The translations under genes were made by a program, and so were the position numbers. From NCBI GenBank assembly GCA_963668645.2, contig CAXXWC010000021.1:1558114-1622113 (forward strand): DNA of 64,000 bases. The letters are read 5' to 3'. A model generated the notes under the pieces. That model was given only the letters and a program-made list of their open reading frames with translations, had not been told where the DNA came from and ran no database searches. This DNA comes from Desulfobacterales bacterium (lineage in GTDB: Bacteria; Desulfobacterota; Desulfobacteria; Desulfobacterales; UBA2174). Positions 20,860 through 30,514 of this stretch are shown piece after piece. Numbering within the stretch: the first letter of the stretch is position 1; each line of letters opens with the position of its first letter.

Positions 20860-21182
20860 TTCCGCCCTCCGGTACCCCGAGACCGTCCGCCAAGGGGAGC
20901 TTCGGCACCCAAGTCCGACCACTGGGTGTAATGCGTCTGGCCGTAGCGTCGCAATTCGTGGATCAGGGCCTGGGCCTTGGGCGAGGCCTGCTGGCTTTTA
21001 CTCAGCCCGGGCGGCTGCAACTGGATCCACAAGTCGCCGGCCACCGTGAGGTCACGAAACACCCTTACCTGCTTGGACCTGCCTGATTCGCCGGCAGCAA
21101 TCTGTTGCGCCAGGACCTTGGCCTGCTGCCAGCCGCTGTCGCCACCCGCAGCCCGGAAGTGAATACACTCGATTATCTGCAT
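20856..21182 (-). CDS. Small hypothetical protein, first gene of efflux operon
   Basis: GGGAGG RBS, stop overlaps tolC start, downstream of sigma54 promoter. Confidence 0.6.
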   Translation of the reverse strand: MQIIECIHFRAAGGDSGWQQAKVLAQQIAAGESGRSKQVRVFRDLTVAGDLWIQLQPPGLSKSQQASPKAQALIHELRRYGQTHYTQWSDLGAEAPLGGRSRGTGGRK

Positions 21183-21220
21183 ATCATCCTCCCTTGAAAT
21201 ATCACCTTTACCCGGGACAT

Positions 21221-21236
21221 TGCGATTTTCATACCA
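21221..21236 (-). promoter_or_regulatory. sigma54 -24/-12 promoter of efflux operon
   Basis: Minus strand TGGTAT-GAAAA-TCGCA. Confidence 0.6.
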
Positions 21237-21255
21237 TCACATATAATACATTTAA

Positions 21256-21355
21256 GATCAATATGTTATCTATCATCACAGGCCGTAGAGTACGAAAATT
21301 CGTATTGATAAGCACGTCATTTCGTGTTTTATTCAAAACAATACGATTATTCGTG
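21256..21355. promoter_or_regulatory. IHF-like site plus three palindromic putative activator sites
   Basis: GATCAATATGTTA (21256; IHF consensus WATCAAN4TTR, one mismatch); TACGAAAATTCGTA (21291), CACGTCATTTCGTG (21313), TACGATTATTCGTG (21342). Confidence 0.6.
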
Positions 21356-21371
21356 ATTCGTTGGAGGCGGC

Positions 21372-22931
21372 ATGGACGATCCCAATATTTTTTTCCGCGA
21401 GGCCACCATCCGCATCTGCGGCAGCCTCAACATTGACCGGGCCTTGGTGCGCTGCCTCGATTACATCGGGCGCCAGATACCGGCCACCGGCATGTCGCTG
21501 CACCTCTACGAGCCGGAATTCGATGCCCTGCGCACCGTGGCGGCGGTGATGCCCGACCGGCCCGAGCGGCTCCAGCGCCACGTGGCCGTGCCGGCCGAGA
21601 TGCGCAGGTTGACCCGGCGCGAATACGCCCATCCGCCGGACCTGGTGATCATCAACGATCCGGCCGGCGATCCAGAGTACCGGGCCATCACCCGGCAGAT
21701 CTGGGATCACGACGTTTCCATGGTGCGCCTGACCTTGACCCTGGAAGGCGAACGGGTCGGCATGCTCATCGTCTACGCGGCCGGCACCGACCGTTACCGG
21801 CCTCAGCACGCCGAGCGGCTGCGGCTGTTGCGCGAGCCGTTCGCCATCGCCATGAGCAATACACTGCGCTACCAGGAACTCGAGGCCCTCAAGGAGACCC
21901 TGGCGGACGACAACCGCTACCTCCAGCAGGAACTGGCACGGGTGGCCGGAGACGAAATCATCGGAGCCGATTTTGGACTTAAGGAAGTCATGGAGCGGGT
22001 GCGCCAGGTTGCCCCCCTGGACACCACCGTACTGCTCCAGGGGGAAACCGGCGCGGGCAAGGAGTTGATCGCCAACGCGATCCACTCGGGCTCGGGGCGC
22101 CACGACCGGCCCCTGATCAAGGTCAACTGCGGCGCCATTCCCGATTCGCTCGTGGACAGTGAGCTGTTCGGCCACGAAAAGGGTGCCTTTACCGGCGCTG
22201 TGGCCCAGCGCCGCGGCCGGTTCGAGCGGGCCCATACCGGAACGATCTTTCTCGACGAAATCGGCGAGCTGCCCCAGCAGGCCCAGGTCAGGCTGCTGCG
22301 GGTCCTGCAGCAGCACCAGATCGAGCGGGTGGGCGGCACGGGGACCGTGGACGTCGATGTGCGCGTCATTTGTGCCACCCACCGCAACCTGGAAGAGCGG
22401 GTCCGCGGCGGCCGGTTCCGCGAAGATCTCTGGTTCCGCCTGAACGTCTTTCCCGTGATGATCCCGCCCTTGCGCCAGCGGCGGGACGACATCCCGGCCC
22501 TGGTGGCCCATTTCATGGACCGCAAGGCCAGGGAGCTGCGCATCGGCCGTCCGCCGCACCTGGCCCCCGGCAGTATCGACCGGCTACGCGGCTACCAATG
22601 GCCGGGCAACGTCCGCGAGTTGGAAAACGCGGTGGAACGGGCCCTGATCCTCTACCAGGGCAACCGGCACGGCGGTGCCATCTTTTTTGATCTGCCCTAT
22701 GCGGCAGAAAGCGCCAATCGGGCCGCCGGAACGGCGCCGGCCAGCGGCGCAGAGGACCTGCCCGATTTTACCACCTGGCAGCGCCGCTACTTTCAAACCC
22801 TGCTCCAGGCCAGCGGCGGCCGGATCCAGGGTCCGGATGGGGCCGCCCGCCGGGCCGGAATCCATCCCAACACCCTGCGCAGCCGGCTGCAGAAGCTGGG
22901 GATCGAATTCGGCCGCACCGCGCGTGGATAG
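21372..22931 (+). CDS. sigma54-dependent activator, GAF + AAA + HTH (NifA/FhlA-like)
   Basis: GETGAGKE, ELFGHEKGAFTGA, FREDLWFRL, WPGNVRELEN, FhlA-like tail GPDGAARRAGIHPNTLRSRL. Confidence 0.92.
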   Translation: MDDPNIFFREATIRICGSLNIDRALVRCLDYIGRQIPATGMSLHLYEPEFDALRTVAAVMPDRPERLQRHVAVPAEMRRLTRREYAHPPDLVIINDPAGDPEYRAITRQIWDHDVSMVRLTLTLEGERVGMLIVYAAGTDRYRPQHAERLRLLREPFAIAMSNTLRYQELEALKETLADDNRYLQQELARVAGDEIIGADFGLKEVMERVRQVAPLDTTVLLQGETGAGKELIANAIHSGSGRHDRPLIKVNCGAIPDSLVDSELFGHEKGAFTGAVAQRRGRFERAHTGTIFLDEIGELPQQAQVRLLRVLQQHQIERVGGTGTVDVDVRVICATHRNLEERVRGGRFREDLWFRLNVFPVMIPPLRQRRDDIPALVAHFMDRKARELRIGRPPHLAPGSIDRLRGYQWPGNVRELENAVERALILYQGNRHGGAIFFDLPYAAESANRAAGTAPASGAEDLPDFTTWQRRYFQTLLQASGGRIQGPDGAARRAGIHPNTLRSRLQKLGIEFGRTARG

Positions 22932-22956
22932 GATAACCGGACGGACCAGGATGGGC

Positions 22957-23613
22957 TTACAGCTGCCATTCGTCCAAATGGAGCATCTCTTCGATATGCT
23001 CCCGTACCAGACGCTCCAAACGATCCGGATCCTGCAGGGGATCGCCCAAGGCTTCCAGGATGCGCTGGTGAATGGCCAGGCTTTGCTGGCAGTAGATTGG
23101 GGTGTGGGGAAAAAAATAGCGCAGCATGGTGCCGCGCAGGCGCAAGTCCATGATCATGGCGATGAGCAGCCGATTCTCGCAGGCATCGATATAGACATGG
23201 TGGAAACGGCCGTGGTGATCGAGAAACAGATCCACATCTCCTTGCCGGGCCGCCGTGCGCATGGCATCCAACTCTCCGGCCAAGGCCTTGACCCGGGCAC
23301 GGGTCATATGCGCATGGGCCTGGCGTGCGGCCAATCCCTCCAGCACCGCCAGGACCGGATAGTGTTCATTGATGTCGTTGCGGGTAATCTTTTTTACGAA
23401 GGTGCCGCGCCGGGCCCGGATCTCCACCAGTCCCCGCTTTTCCAGATCCCGGAAGGCTTCCCTCAGGGGCGAGCGGCTGACGCCGAATAATTTTTGCAGT
23501 TCCGTCTCCACCAACCGGTCGCCCCCCCGCAAGGTGCGGTCCAGGATCGCCTTGATCAGGGCCTGGGAGATTCGCTGCACCAGACCGGCATCATCAAAAG
23601 AGATCGAATCCAT
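22957..23613 (-). CDS. GntR/FCD-family regulator
   Basis: GDRLVE..L...FGVSRSPLREA...L...GLV.....GTFV wHTH; FCD FH and H motifs. Confidence 0.92.
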   Translation of the reverse strand: MDSISFDDAGLVQRISQALIKAILDRTLRGGDRLVETELQKLFGVSRSPLREAFRDLEKRGLVEIRARRGTFVKKITRNDINEHYPVLAVLEGLAARQAHAHMTRARVKALAGELDAMRTAARQGDVDLFLDHHGRFHHVYIDACENRLLIAMIMDLRLRGTMLRYFFPHTPIYCQQSLAIHQRILEALGDPLQDPDRLERLVREHIEEMLHLDEWQL

Positions 23614-23711
23614 TACATCCTTTCCCGATGGCCGCTTTGCGCCGTCACAACCGGACGCTGGCCGCAGTACACAGAATCTGCCTCATCATCTAAATCAGTT
23701 CATAATTTGAA

Positions 23712-23755
23712 TTGACAAGGATTGAAGAATAATGATACTTGTCGTTTGTCGACAA
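23712..23755 (+). promoter_or_regulatory. Putative sigma70 promoter and GntR-type operator
   Basis: TTGACA at 23712; perfect palindrome TTGTCGACAA at 23746-23755. Confidence 0.5.
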
Positions 23756-23869
23756 TTCTAACCCGGCCTGCACCTGTTGTCAAGCACTGCAATCCTATGA
23801 TTTCGTGAATCATAAAGGCCGTTTCCGATCGTCGATGTTATACGCCAACAAAAAAAACAGTGGAGAACA

Positions 23870-25060
23870 ATGAACGACCCGGACCGTAGTCTCGCCGATA
23901 TCAAGCAGGCCGCCATTGGCCAGGTAGACATTCTGGCCCCCGAACTGATCGCCCTTTCCCGCCGGCTTTTCGACCATCCCGAAACCGCTTACGAGGAAGT
24001 CAATGCCTGCCGCTGGCTCGCCGAGTTCCTCGCCTCTAAGGGATTTACGGTCAAAACAGGAGTCGGCGGCGTCGATACCGCCTTTTCGGCCAGGCCGGAG
24101 ACCACGTTGCCGGCCAAGCCGGCCATCGCGTTTCTGGCCGAATATGACGCCCTGCCCAAGATCGGCCACGGCTGCGGCCATAATCTGATTGCAGCCGCCT
24201 CCATCGGTGCCTTCGTCGCCCTTTGCCGGGCATGGCCCGATCCGCCGGGCGCCGTACGGCTCATCGGAACCCCGGCCGAGGAAGGAGGCGGAGGCAAGGC
24301 CCGCCTGGCCGAAGCCGGTCTGTTCGACGGCGTCGATTTTGCGCTCATGTTCCATCCCGGCAACGCCAATCGACTGGGCGGCAATTCCCACGGGCGCATC
24401 AAGGCCAGGGTTGAATTCTTCGGGCGAGCCGCCCATGCCGCCTCTGCACCCGAAAAGGGCATTAACGCCCTGGACGCCATGATCTCCACCTTCAACAGCA
24501 TCGGTCTCATGCGCCAGCAGATGCCGGCCATCGACTGCATCCACGGGATCATCACCGCCGGCGGCGATGCCCCCAACATCATTCCGGACTACACCGCCGC
24601 CCTCTTTTACATCCGCTCCAAGGATCGCGAGTATCTCAAGACGCTTTTTGGCCGTTTCGAGGAATGCTGCAACGGTGCGGCCCAGGCCTCTGGCTGCACC
24701 ACCAAGGTGACCGTGCTGCCGCCATCGCTGGAGCCGATGAAGCGCAATCCGGTGATGGAGGAGGTATGGCGCAAGAACCTGGTCCGGCTGGGGATCGAAC
24801 CATGCCTGACCGACGGTCCCAGCGGATCCACCGACCTGGGCAATATCAGTCAGATCATGCCCGTGATCCAGCCGTATCTGGCTCTGGTCAGCGAAGAGAT
24901 CGCCGCCCATACCAAGGAATTCGCCGATGCCACCGTCAGCCCGACCGGTCAACGTGTACTGGTCAACGCCGCCAAGCTGCTGGCCATGACTGCGGCCGAT
25001 TACCTCGCTTGCGGCGAAATCCGGCAGGCAACGGCCCGGGCCTTTGAAACAACCACCTGA
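23870..25060 (+). CDS. M20 family amidohydrolase (ACY1L2/AbgB-like)
   Basis: HPETAYEE, AEYDALP.IGHGCGHNLI, GTPAEEGGGGK, G..AHA..APEKGINALDA, GSTDLGNIS. Confidence 0.9.
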   Translation: MNDPDRSLADIKQAAIGQVDILAPELIALSRRLFDHPETAYEEVNACRWLAEFLASKGFTVKTGVGGVDTAFSARPETTLPAKPAIAFLAEYDALPKIGHGCGHNLIAAASIGAFVALCRAWPDPPGAVRLIGTPAEEGGGGKARLAEAGLFDGVDFALMFHPGNANRLGGNSHGRIKARVEFFGRAAHAASAPEKGINALDAMISTFNSIGLMRQQMPAIDCIHGIITAGGDAPNIIPDYTAALFYIRSKDREYLKTLFGRFEECCNGAAQASGCTTKVTVLPPSLEPMKRNPVMEEVWRKNLVRLGIEPCLTDGPSGSTDLGNISQIMPVIQPYLALVSEEIAAHTKEFADATVSPTGQRVLVNAAKLLAMTAADYLACGEIRQATARAFETTT

Positions 25061-25075
25061 AAAAGGAGATCTGCG

Positions 25076-26641
25076 ATGAAATCAGACAAACGCTGTTTTA
25101 TCGGTCTCGCTCTGGTTCTGGCCCTGTTGCTGGCAGGACCGGCCACGGTGCTCGGCGCCCAGGCCATGGTACATGGCGCGGCCTCCGAGCCACGTTCTCT
25201 GGATCCCTATTTTCACAACGAAACGCCCACCAACTCCATGAACAGCAACCTGTTCGACGGGCTGGTGGCCTTCGACGCCAAGCTGAACGTGGTGCCGGCC
25301 CTGGCCGAAAAGTGGGAAAACCCGGACAACCTGACCTGGATCTTTCACCTGCGCAAGGGGGTCAAGTTCCACGACGGCACGCCGTTTACCGCCGAGGACG
25401 TGAAGTTTTCCGTCGAACGCTGTAAAAACTGGGAGAAATCGGGCTTCAAGTCCACGGTCAATTCGGTGAACACCGTGGAAGTGCTCGACCCTTACACGGT
25501 CAAGATGACCACCAATGGGCCCTTTGGCATCCTGCATCGCAAGCTGGCCCAGTTCAAGATCATGTCCAAGGCCTCCAGCGCCAACCAGCCCGACGAATAT
25601 CTGGCCGATCATCCCAACGGCACCGGCCCGTATAAGCTCAAGGAATGGGTCAAGGGGGACCATCTGACGATAGAGGCCAACGCGGAATATTTTGACGGCG
25701 CCCCGGCCATCAAAGAGGTCGTGCTGCGGCCCATGACCAACGACGCCACCCGCACGGCAGCCCTGATTTCGGGTGAAGTGCATCTCATCGACGACGTGCC
25801 GGTCCAGGACGTCAACCGCATCAAAACCGAAAAGTCGGTGGATATCGTCAGCCTTCCCGGCCTGCGGCTCATCTACCTGCAGATGGACCAGGACCGCCAG
25901 GAAAGCCCCAAGGCCAAAGGCCCGGACGGCAAAAACCCCCTGCTGAACCCCAAGGTCCGCAGGGCCATCTATCTGGGCATCGATGAGAACGCCATCGTCA
26001 AGCACGTCATGAACGATTTTGCCTTTCCGGCCGGCCAGTTCTACCCCGATACGGTCTTCGGCTACGACCCGTCCATCACCCGTCCGGCCTACGACCCGGA
26101 AAAGGCCAAGGCCCTGCTGGCCGAAGCCGGCTATGCCGACGGGTTTGAAATCACCATCGACTCACCCAACGACCGCTATATCAACGACGAAAAAATCGCC
26201 CAGGCCGTGGCGGCCAACCTGGCCCGGCTGGGGATCAAAATCACGGTCAACGCCATCCCCAAGAAAACCTTCTTTCCCATGACCGACCGCCGGGAGAGCA
26301 GCTTCTTTCTGCTCGGCTGGTCCTGCGCCGACGGCGACGCCAGCGCCTTTCTCGACGGCATCACCCACACCTACGACAAGGAAGCCGGCTACGGCCGTTA
26401 CAACCGCGGCCGCTATTCCAACCCCGAGGTGGATCGGCTCATCGAAGCGGCCGCCGCCACGGTAGACCAGCAGGAACGGCTCAAGGCCATGCGCCAGGCC
26501 CAGAAGATCGCCCTGGCACAGGACCAGGCCTTCATCCCGCTGCACTTCCAGGTGGACCTGTACGCCAAGTCCGCCAAGCTGGACTGGACGCCGCGCGTCG
26601 ACCACTACTTCAAGTACACGGAGATGAAGTTTAACAAGTAA
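25076..26641 (+). CDS. Peptide/nickel ABC transporter substrate-binding protein (family 5)
   Basis: Signal peptide, SLDP, PALAEKW, FHLRKGVKFHDG, GTGPYKL. Confidence 0.93.
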   Translation: MKSDKRCFIGLALVLALLLAGPATVLGAQAMVHGAASEPRSLDPYFHNETPTNSMNSNLFDGLVAFDAKLNVVPALAEKWENPDNLTWIFHLRKGVKFHDGTPFTAEDVKFSVERCKNWEKSGFKSTVNSVNTVEVLDPYTVKMTTNGPFGILHRKLAQFKIMSKASSANQPDEYLADHPNGTGPYKLKEWVKGDHLTIEANAEYFDGAPAIKEVVLRPMTNDATRTAALISGEVHLIDDVPVQDVNRIKTEKSVDIVSLPGLRLIYLQMDQDRQESPKAKGPDGKNPLLNPKVRRAIYLGIDENAIVKHVMNDFAFPAGQFYPDTVFGYDPSITRPAYDPEKAKALLAEAGYADGFEITIDSPNDRYINDEKIAQAVAANLARLGIKITVNAIPKKTFFPMTDRRESSFFLLGWSCADGDASAFLDGITHTYDKEAGYGRYNRGRYSNPEVDRLIEAAAATVDQQERLKAMRQAQKIALAQDQAFIPLHFQVDLYAKSAKLDWTPRVDHYFKYTEMKFNK

Positions 26642-26689
26642 CCCGCCTTTGGCGGTTCGCTCCATCGACGGTCAAAAGGGGTCGCCGGC

Positions 26690-27667
26690 ATGATCGGATA
26701 CCTGCTGCAACGAATCTTGCAAAGCCTGCTGGTGCTTGTCTGCGTCAGCGTGGTGGTGTTCGCCGTCATGTTTCTCAGCGGCGACCCGGTGGAAATGCTC
26801 CTGCCGCCGGAGGCCACCCAGCAGCAGGTGGAAGATCTGCGCAGCTACCTCGGCCTGGATCAGCCTTTTTACGTCCAGTATCTGACCTTCATGAAAAAGG
26901 CGTTTCAAGGGGACCTGGGCAAGTCCTTCGTCTTCAACAAGCCGGCCATCACCCTTATCGTCGAGCGGATTCCGGCTACCATGGAGCTGGCCCTCTTCGC
27001 CATGTTCCTGGCCGTGGCCATCGGACTGCCCGCCGGCATGGTGGCAGCCGTCAAACCGGAATCCTGGCCGGCCAAGCTGATCATGTCCGGCTCCCTGCTG
27101 GGCATCAGCCTGCCGGTGTTCTGGCTCGGCATCATCCTGGTGCTGATCTTCGCCGTGATGCTGGGCTGGCTGCCCAGTTCCGGGCGCGGGGAAACGGCGC
27201 TGGTCATGGGGTTGCGTCTGGGTTTCGTTACCCCCGACGGGCTGCGGCATCTGATTCTGCCCGCCTTGACCATCGCCGTTTTCCAACTGGCCCTCATCGT
27301 GCGCCTGGTCCGCGCCGGCATGATGGAAGTCCTGCTGCAGGACTTCGTCAAGTTTCTGCGGGCCAAGGGCCTTAGCCACCGGCGCGTGATCTTCGTTCAC
27401 GCCATGAAAAACATCCTGATTCCGGTGGTGACCATCATCGGGCTGCAACTGGGCAACATCATCGCCTTTGCAGTGGTCACCGAATCGATCTTCGCCTGGC
27501 CGGGCATGGGCAAGCTGGTCATCGATGCCATCCATGCCCTGGACCGACCGGTGGTGCTGGCCTACCTGCTCATCGTTTCGCTGCTGTTCGTCTTTCTCAA
27601 CTTTCTGGTGGACGTGATCTACACCTTTCTCGATCCTCGCATCCGGCTCACGGGGGAAAGCCGATGA
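26690..27667 (+). CDS. Peptide ABC permease (DppB/OppB-like)
   Basis: GDP, LGLDQP..VQY, GDLGKS, RAKGL, ESIFAWPGMG, LDPRIR. Confidence 0.93.
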   Translation: MIGYLLQRILQSLLVLVCVSVVVFAVMFLSGDPVEMLLPPEATQQQVEDLRSYLGLDQPFYVQYLTFMKKAFQGDLGKSFVFNKPAITLIVERIPATMELALFAMFLAVAIGLPAGMVAAVKPESWPAKLIMSGSLLGISLPVFWLGIILVLIFAVMLGWLPSSGRGETALVMGLRLGFVTPDGLRHLILPALTIAVFQLALIVRLVRAGMMEVLLQDFVKFLRAKGLSHRRVIFVHAMKNILIPVVTIIGLQLGNIIAFAVVTESIFAWPGMGKLVIDAIHALDRPVVLAYLLIVSLLFVFLNFLVDVIYTFLDPRIRLTGESR

Positions 27668-28530
27668 TCCCGGCCCACTGGCAGGAGTTCTGGATCGAGT
27701 TTCGCGAAAGCAAGCGCGGCATGGCAGGCCTAAGCCTGACGGTGATTTTCATCGTGGTGGCCCTGCTCTGCCCCTGGATCAGCCCCCAGAATCCCTACGA
27801 CCTGACCCAACTCCTTTTGGAAAACAGCAACCTGGCGCCCCGCTGGACTCCGGGGATGTTCATGCTCGGCTCCGAGGGCCAGGGACGCGATCTTTTCAGC
27901 GCCATCCTCTACGGACTGCGGGTTTCTCTATACGTGGGGCTGGCCAGCACCTTTCTCTCGGCCGTTTTCGGCACCCTCATGGGGCTTGTGGCCGGGTACA
28001 CGGGAGGGCGCACCGATGCTTTGATCATGCGCCTGGCGGACATTCAGCTCTCTTTTCCGGCCATCCTCATCGCCCTGGTGATCATGGCGATCTGGGGCCA
28101 GGGCCTGTTCAAGATCATCGTGGCCATCAGCGTGGTCAACTGGGTATTCTACGCCCGCACGGCCAGGGGCAGCACCCTTTCCGAGCGTTCCAAGGACTAC
28201 GTCGATGCAGCCCGGGCCACGGGGATGTCCTCGGCGGCCATAATGCTGAGGGAAGTGCTGCCCAACATCGTGGCCCCCATCATCGTCATCGGCACGGTTC
28301 GGGTAGCCAACGCCATCATCCTGGAATCGACCCTCAGCTTCCTGGGCCTGGGCGTGCCCATCACCGAACCGAGCCTCGGATCGCTGATCTATGATGGATA
28401 CCAGGTGCTCTTCAGCGGCTTCTGGTGGATATCGGTTTTGCCGGGCCTGGCCCTGATGGGGGTGGTGCTGGGGATCAACCTGTTGGGGGACCGGTTGCGC
28501 GACGTGCTCAACCCGAGGCTCAAGCGATGA
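27664..28530 (+). CDS. Peptide ABC permease (DppC/OppC-like)
   Basis: LGSEGQGRDL, YVDAARATG, LSFLGLG, GDRLRDVLNPR. Confidence 0.93.
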   Translation: MIPAHWQEFWIEFRESKRGMAGLSLTVIFIVVALLCPWISPQNPYDLTQLLLENSNLAPRWTPGMFMLGSEGQGRDLFSAILYGLRVSLYVGLASTFLSAVFGTLMGLVAGYTGGRTDALIMRLADIQLSFPAILIALVIMAIWGQGLFKIIVAISVVNWVFYARTARGSTLSERSKDYVDAARATGMSSAAIMLREVLPNIVAPIIVIGTVRVANAIILESTLSFLGLGVPITEPSLGSLIYDGYQVLFSGFWWISVLPGLALMGVVLGINLLGDRLRDVLNPRLKR

Positions 28531-29504
28531 CGGCCGCAAGCGGCAACGTGCTGGAGGTCCGGCGGCTCAAGACCTACTTTTTTACCCGCAAGGGGGTGGT
28601 CAAGGCCGTGGACGACGTCAGCTTCGATCTGGCCCCCGGTTCCATCCTTGGTCTGGTAGGCGAGTCGGGAGCCGGCAAATCCATCACCGGCTTTTCCATC
28701 CTGGGGCTTATCGACCCGCCCGGCAGGATCGTGGAGGGCCGGATCCTGTTCAAAGGTGAAGACCTGGTGGCCAAATCCGACGAACAGCTGGAGAAAATCC
28801 GCGGCAACCGCATCTCCATGGTCTTCCAGGATCCCCAGACCTGCCTGGATCCGGTCTTTACCATCGGCTTCCAGATCGTCGAAACCCTCATGGCCCACCA
28901 GTCCATGAGCCGCAGCGCGGCCCACCGCCGGGCCGGGGAACTGCTGCGGATGGTGGGCATCCCTTCCCCGGAGCAGCGCCTGGCCGAATACCCCCACCAG
29001 TTCTCTGGGGGCATGCGCCAGCGTGTGGGTATCGCCATCGCCATGGCGTCCCGGCCGGACCTGATCATCGCCGACGAACCGACCACAGCCCTGGACGTGA
29101 CCATCCAGGCCCAGGTGCTGACCCTCATGCGGCGGCTGGTGCGCCAGCACGGTACGGCGCTGATCCTCATCACCCACGACATCGCCCTGGTGGGCCAGTT
29201 CTGCGACCGCATCTGCGTCATGTACGCCGGGCGCCTGGTGGAAAGCGGCCCCAAGGAGGCCGTCATCCGCCGGCCGGCCCATCCCTACACCCGCGGCTTG
29301 ATCGCCTCGATCCCCGGCAGCCAGCGGCGCCGGCGGCGTCTGACCCAGATCCCGGGCATGATGCCCAACCTGCGCGACATGGGCGAGGCCTGCCCCTTCG
29401 CGCCCCGTTGCGACCACGCCGGTACCGAATGCCGGACACGCCCGCCCATGCAAGAGGTCGCTCCCGGCCACTGGGTGGCCTGCCAACGGAGGCCGGCCCC
29501 ATGA
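28527..29504 (+). CDS. Peptide ABC ATP-binding protein (DppD-like)
   Basis: GESGAGKS, YPHQFSGGMRQR, ADEPTTALD, C-terminal CPFAPRC. Confidence 0.93.
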   Translation: MTAASGNVLEVRRLKTYFFTRKGVVKAVDDVSFDLAPGSILGLVGESGAGKSITGFSILGLIDPPGRIVEGRILFKGEDLVAKSDEQLEKIRGNRISMVFQDPQTCLDPVFTIGFQIVETLMAHQSMSRSAAHRRAGELLRMVGIPSPEQRLAEYPHQFSGGMRQRVGIAIAMASRPDLIIADEPTTALDVTIQAQVLTLMRRLVRQHGTALILITHDIALVGQFCDRICVMYAGRLVESGPKEAVIRRPAHPYTRGLIASIPGSQRRRRRLTQIPGMMPNLRDMGEACPFAPRCDHAGTECRTRPPMQEVAPGHWVACQRRPAP

Positions 29505-30514
29505 GCCTGCCCCAACGCGACCCTCTGCTGCGCCTGGAAGGGCTCACCAAGCACTTTCCCGTCCAAAAGAACCTTTTCCAGCAGCTTCGCTGGCAAAACG
29601 GCCGCATCCGCCGCCTGCGCCAGGTGGTGCACGCACTAAACGGGGTGGACCTGCACATCGAGAGGGGCGAAACCCTCGCTCTGGTGGGCGAGAGCGGCTG
29701 CGGCAAGTCCACCCTGGCCAAAACCGTCATCGGACTGCACCGGCCCACGGCCGGCCGCATCTATTTCGGCGGCACGGAAATCGGCGCCCTGGCCGGCCGG
29801 CAGCGGCGCCCGTTTCAGCAGCGCATCCAGATCATCTTCCAGGACCCTTTCTCCTCGCTGAACCCGCGCAAAAAAGTCCTGGAGATCGTGGGCCGGCCCA
29901 TGCTACGCCTCGGCCTGGCCGACAGAGCCGGCCTGAGGGCAGCCGTGGAGGAAGTCCTGGCCCAGGTGGGTCTCGACCCGGACTACATCAACCGCTACCC
30001 GCACCAGTTCTCCGGAGGCCAGCGCCAGCGCATCGGCATCGCCCGGGCCCTGGCCTGCGGGCCCGAGCTGGTTATCGGCGACGAGCCGATCAGCGCCCTG
30101 GACGTCTCCATCCAGGCCCAGATCTTGAACCTGATGATGGACCTGCAAGAGCGGCTGAACCTGACCTACCTCTTCGTCTCCCACGACCTGAGCGTGGTCA
30201 AGCACATCTCGACCCGCGTGGCGGTGATGTACCTGGGCTTCATCGTTGAATCGGCCGCCACCGAAGCGATCTTTGCCGCTCCCAACCACCCCTATACGCG
30301 GCTGCTCTTTTCGGCCATCCCCACCCTGGACGACCTGGAATTCAACGAGCGTGCAGGCCTGGCCGAAGGCGAGGTGCCCACGCCCATCCATCTGCCGAAG
30401 GGCTGTCCCTTCTATCCGCGCTGCCCGCAGCGAATGGACCGCTGCGGCAAAGAGCGCCCGGCCCTTCTCGAGATCGCCCCGGGCCGCCGGTCGGCCTGCC
30501 ATCTGAACCATTGA
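29501..30514 (+). CDS. Peptide ABC ATP-binding protein (DppF-like)
   Basis: GESGCGKST, FSGGQRQRI, DEPISALD, GCPFYPRC. Confidence 0.93.
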   Translation: MSLPQRDPLLRLEGLTKHFPVQKNLFQQLRWQNGRIRRLRQVVHALNGVDLHIERGETLALVGESGCGKSTLAKTVIGLHRPTAGRIYFGGTEIGALAGRQRRPFQQRIQIIFQDPFSSLNPRKKVLEIVGRPMLRLGLADRAGLRAAVEEVLAQVGLDPDYINRYPHQFSGGQRQRIGIARALACGPELVIGDEPISALDVSIQAQILNLMMDLQERLNLTYLFVSHDLSVVKHISTRVAVMYLGFIVESAATEAIFAAPNHPYTRLLFSAIPTLDDLEFNERAGLAEGEVPTPIHLPKGCPFYPRCPQRMDRCGKERPALLEIAPGRRSACHLNH

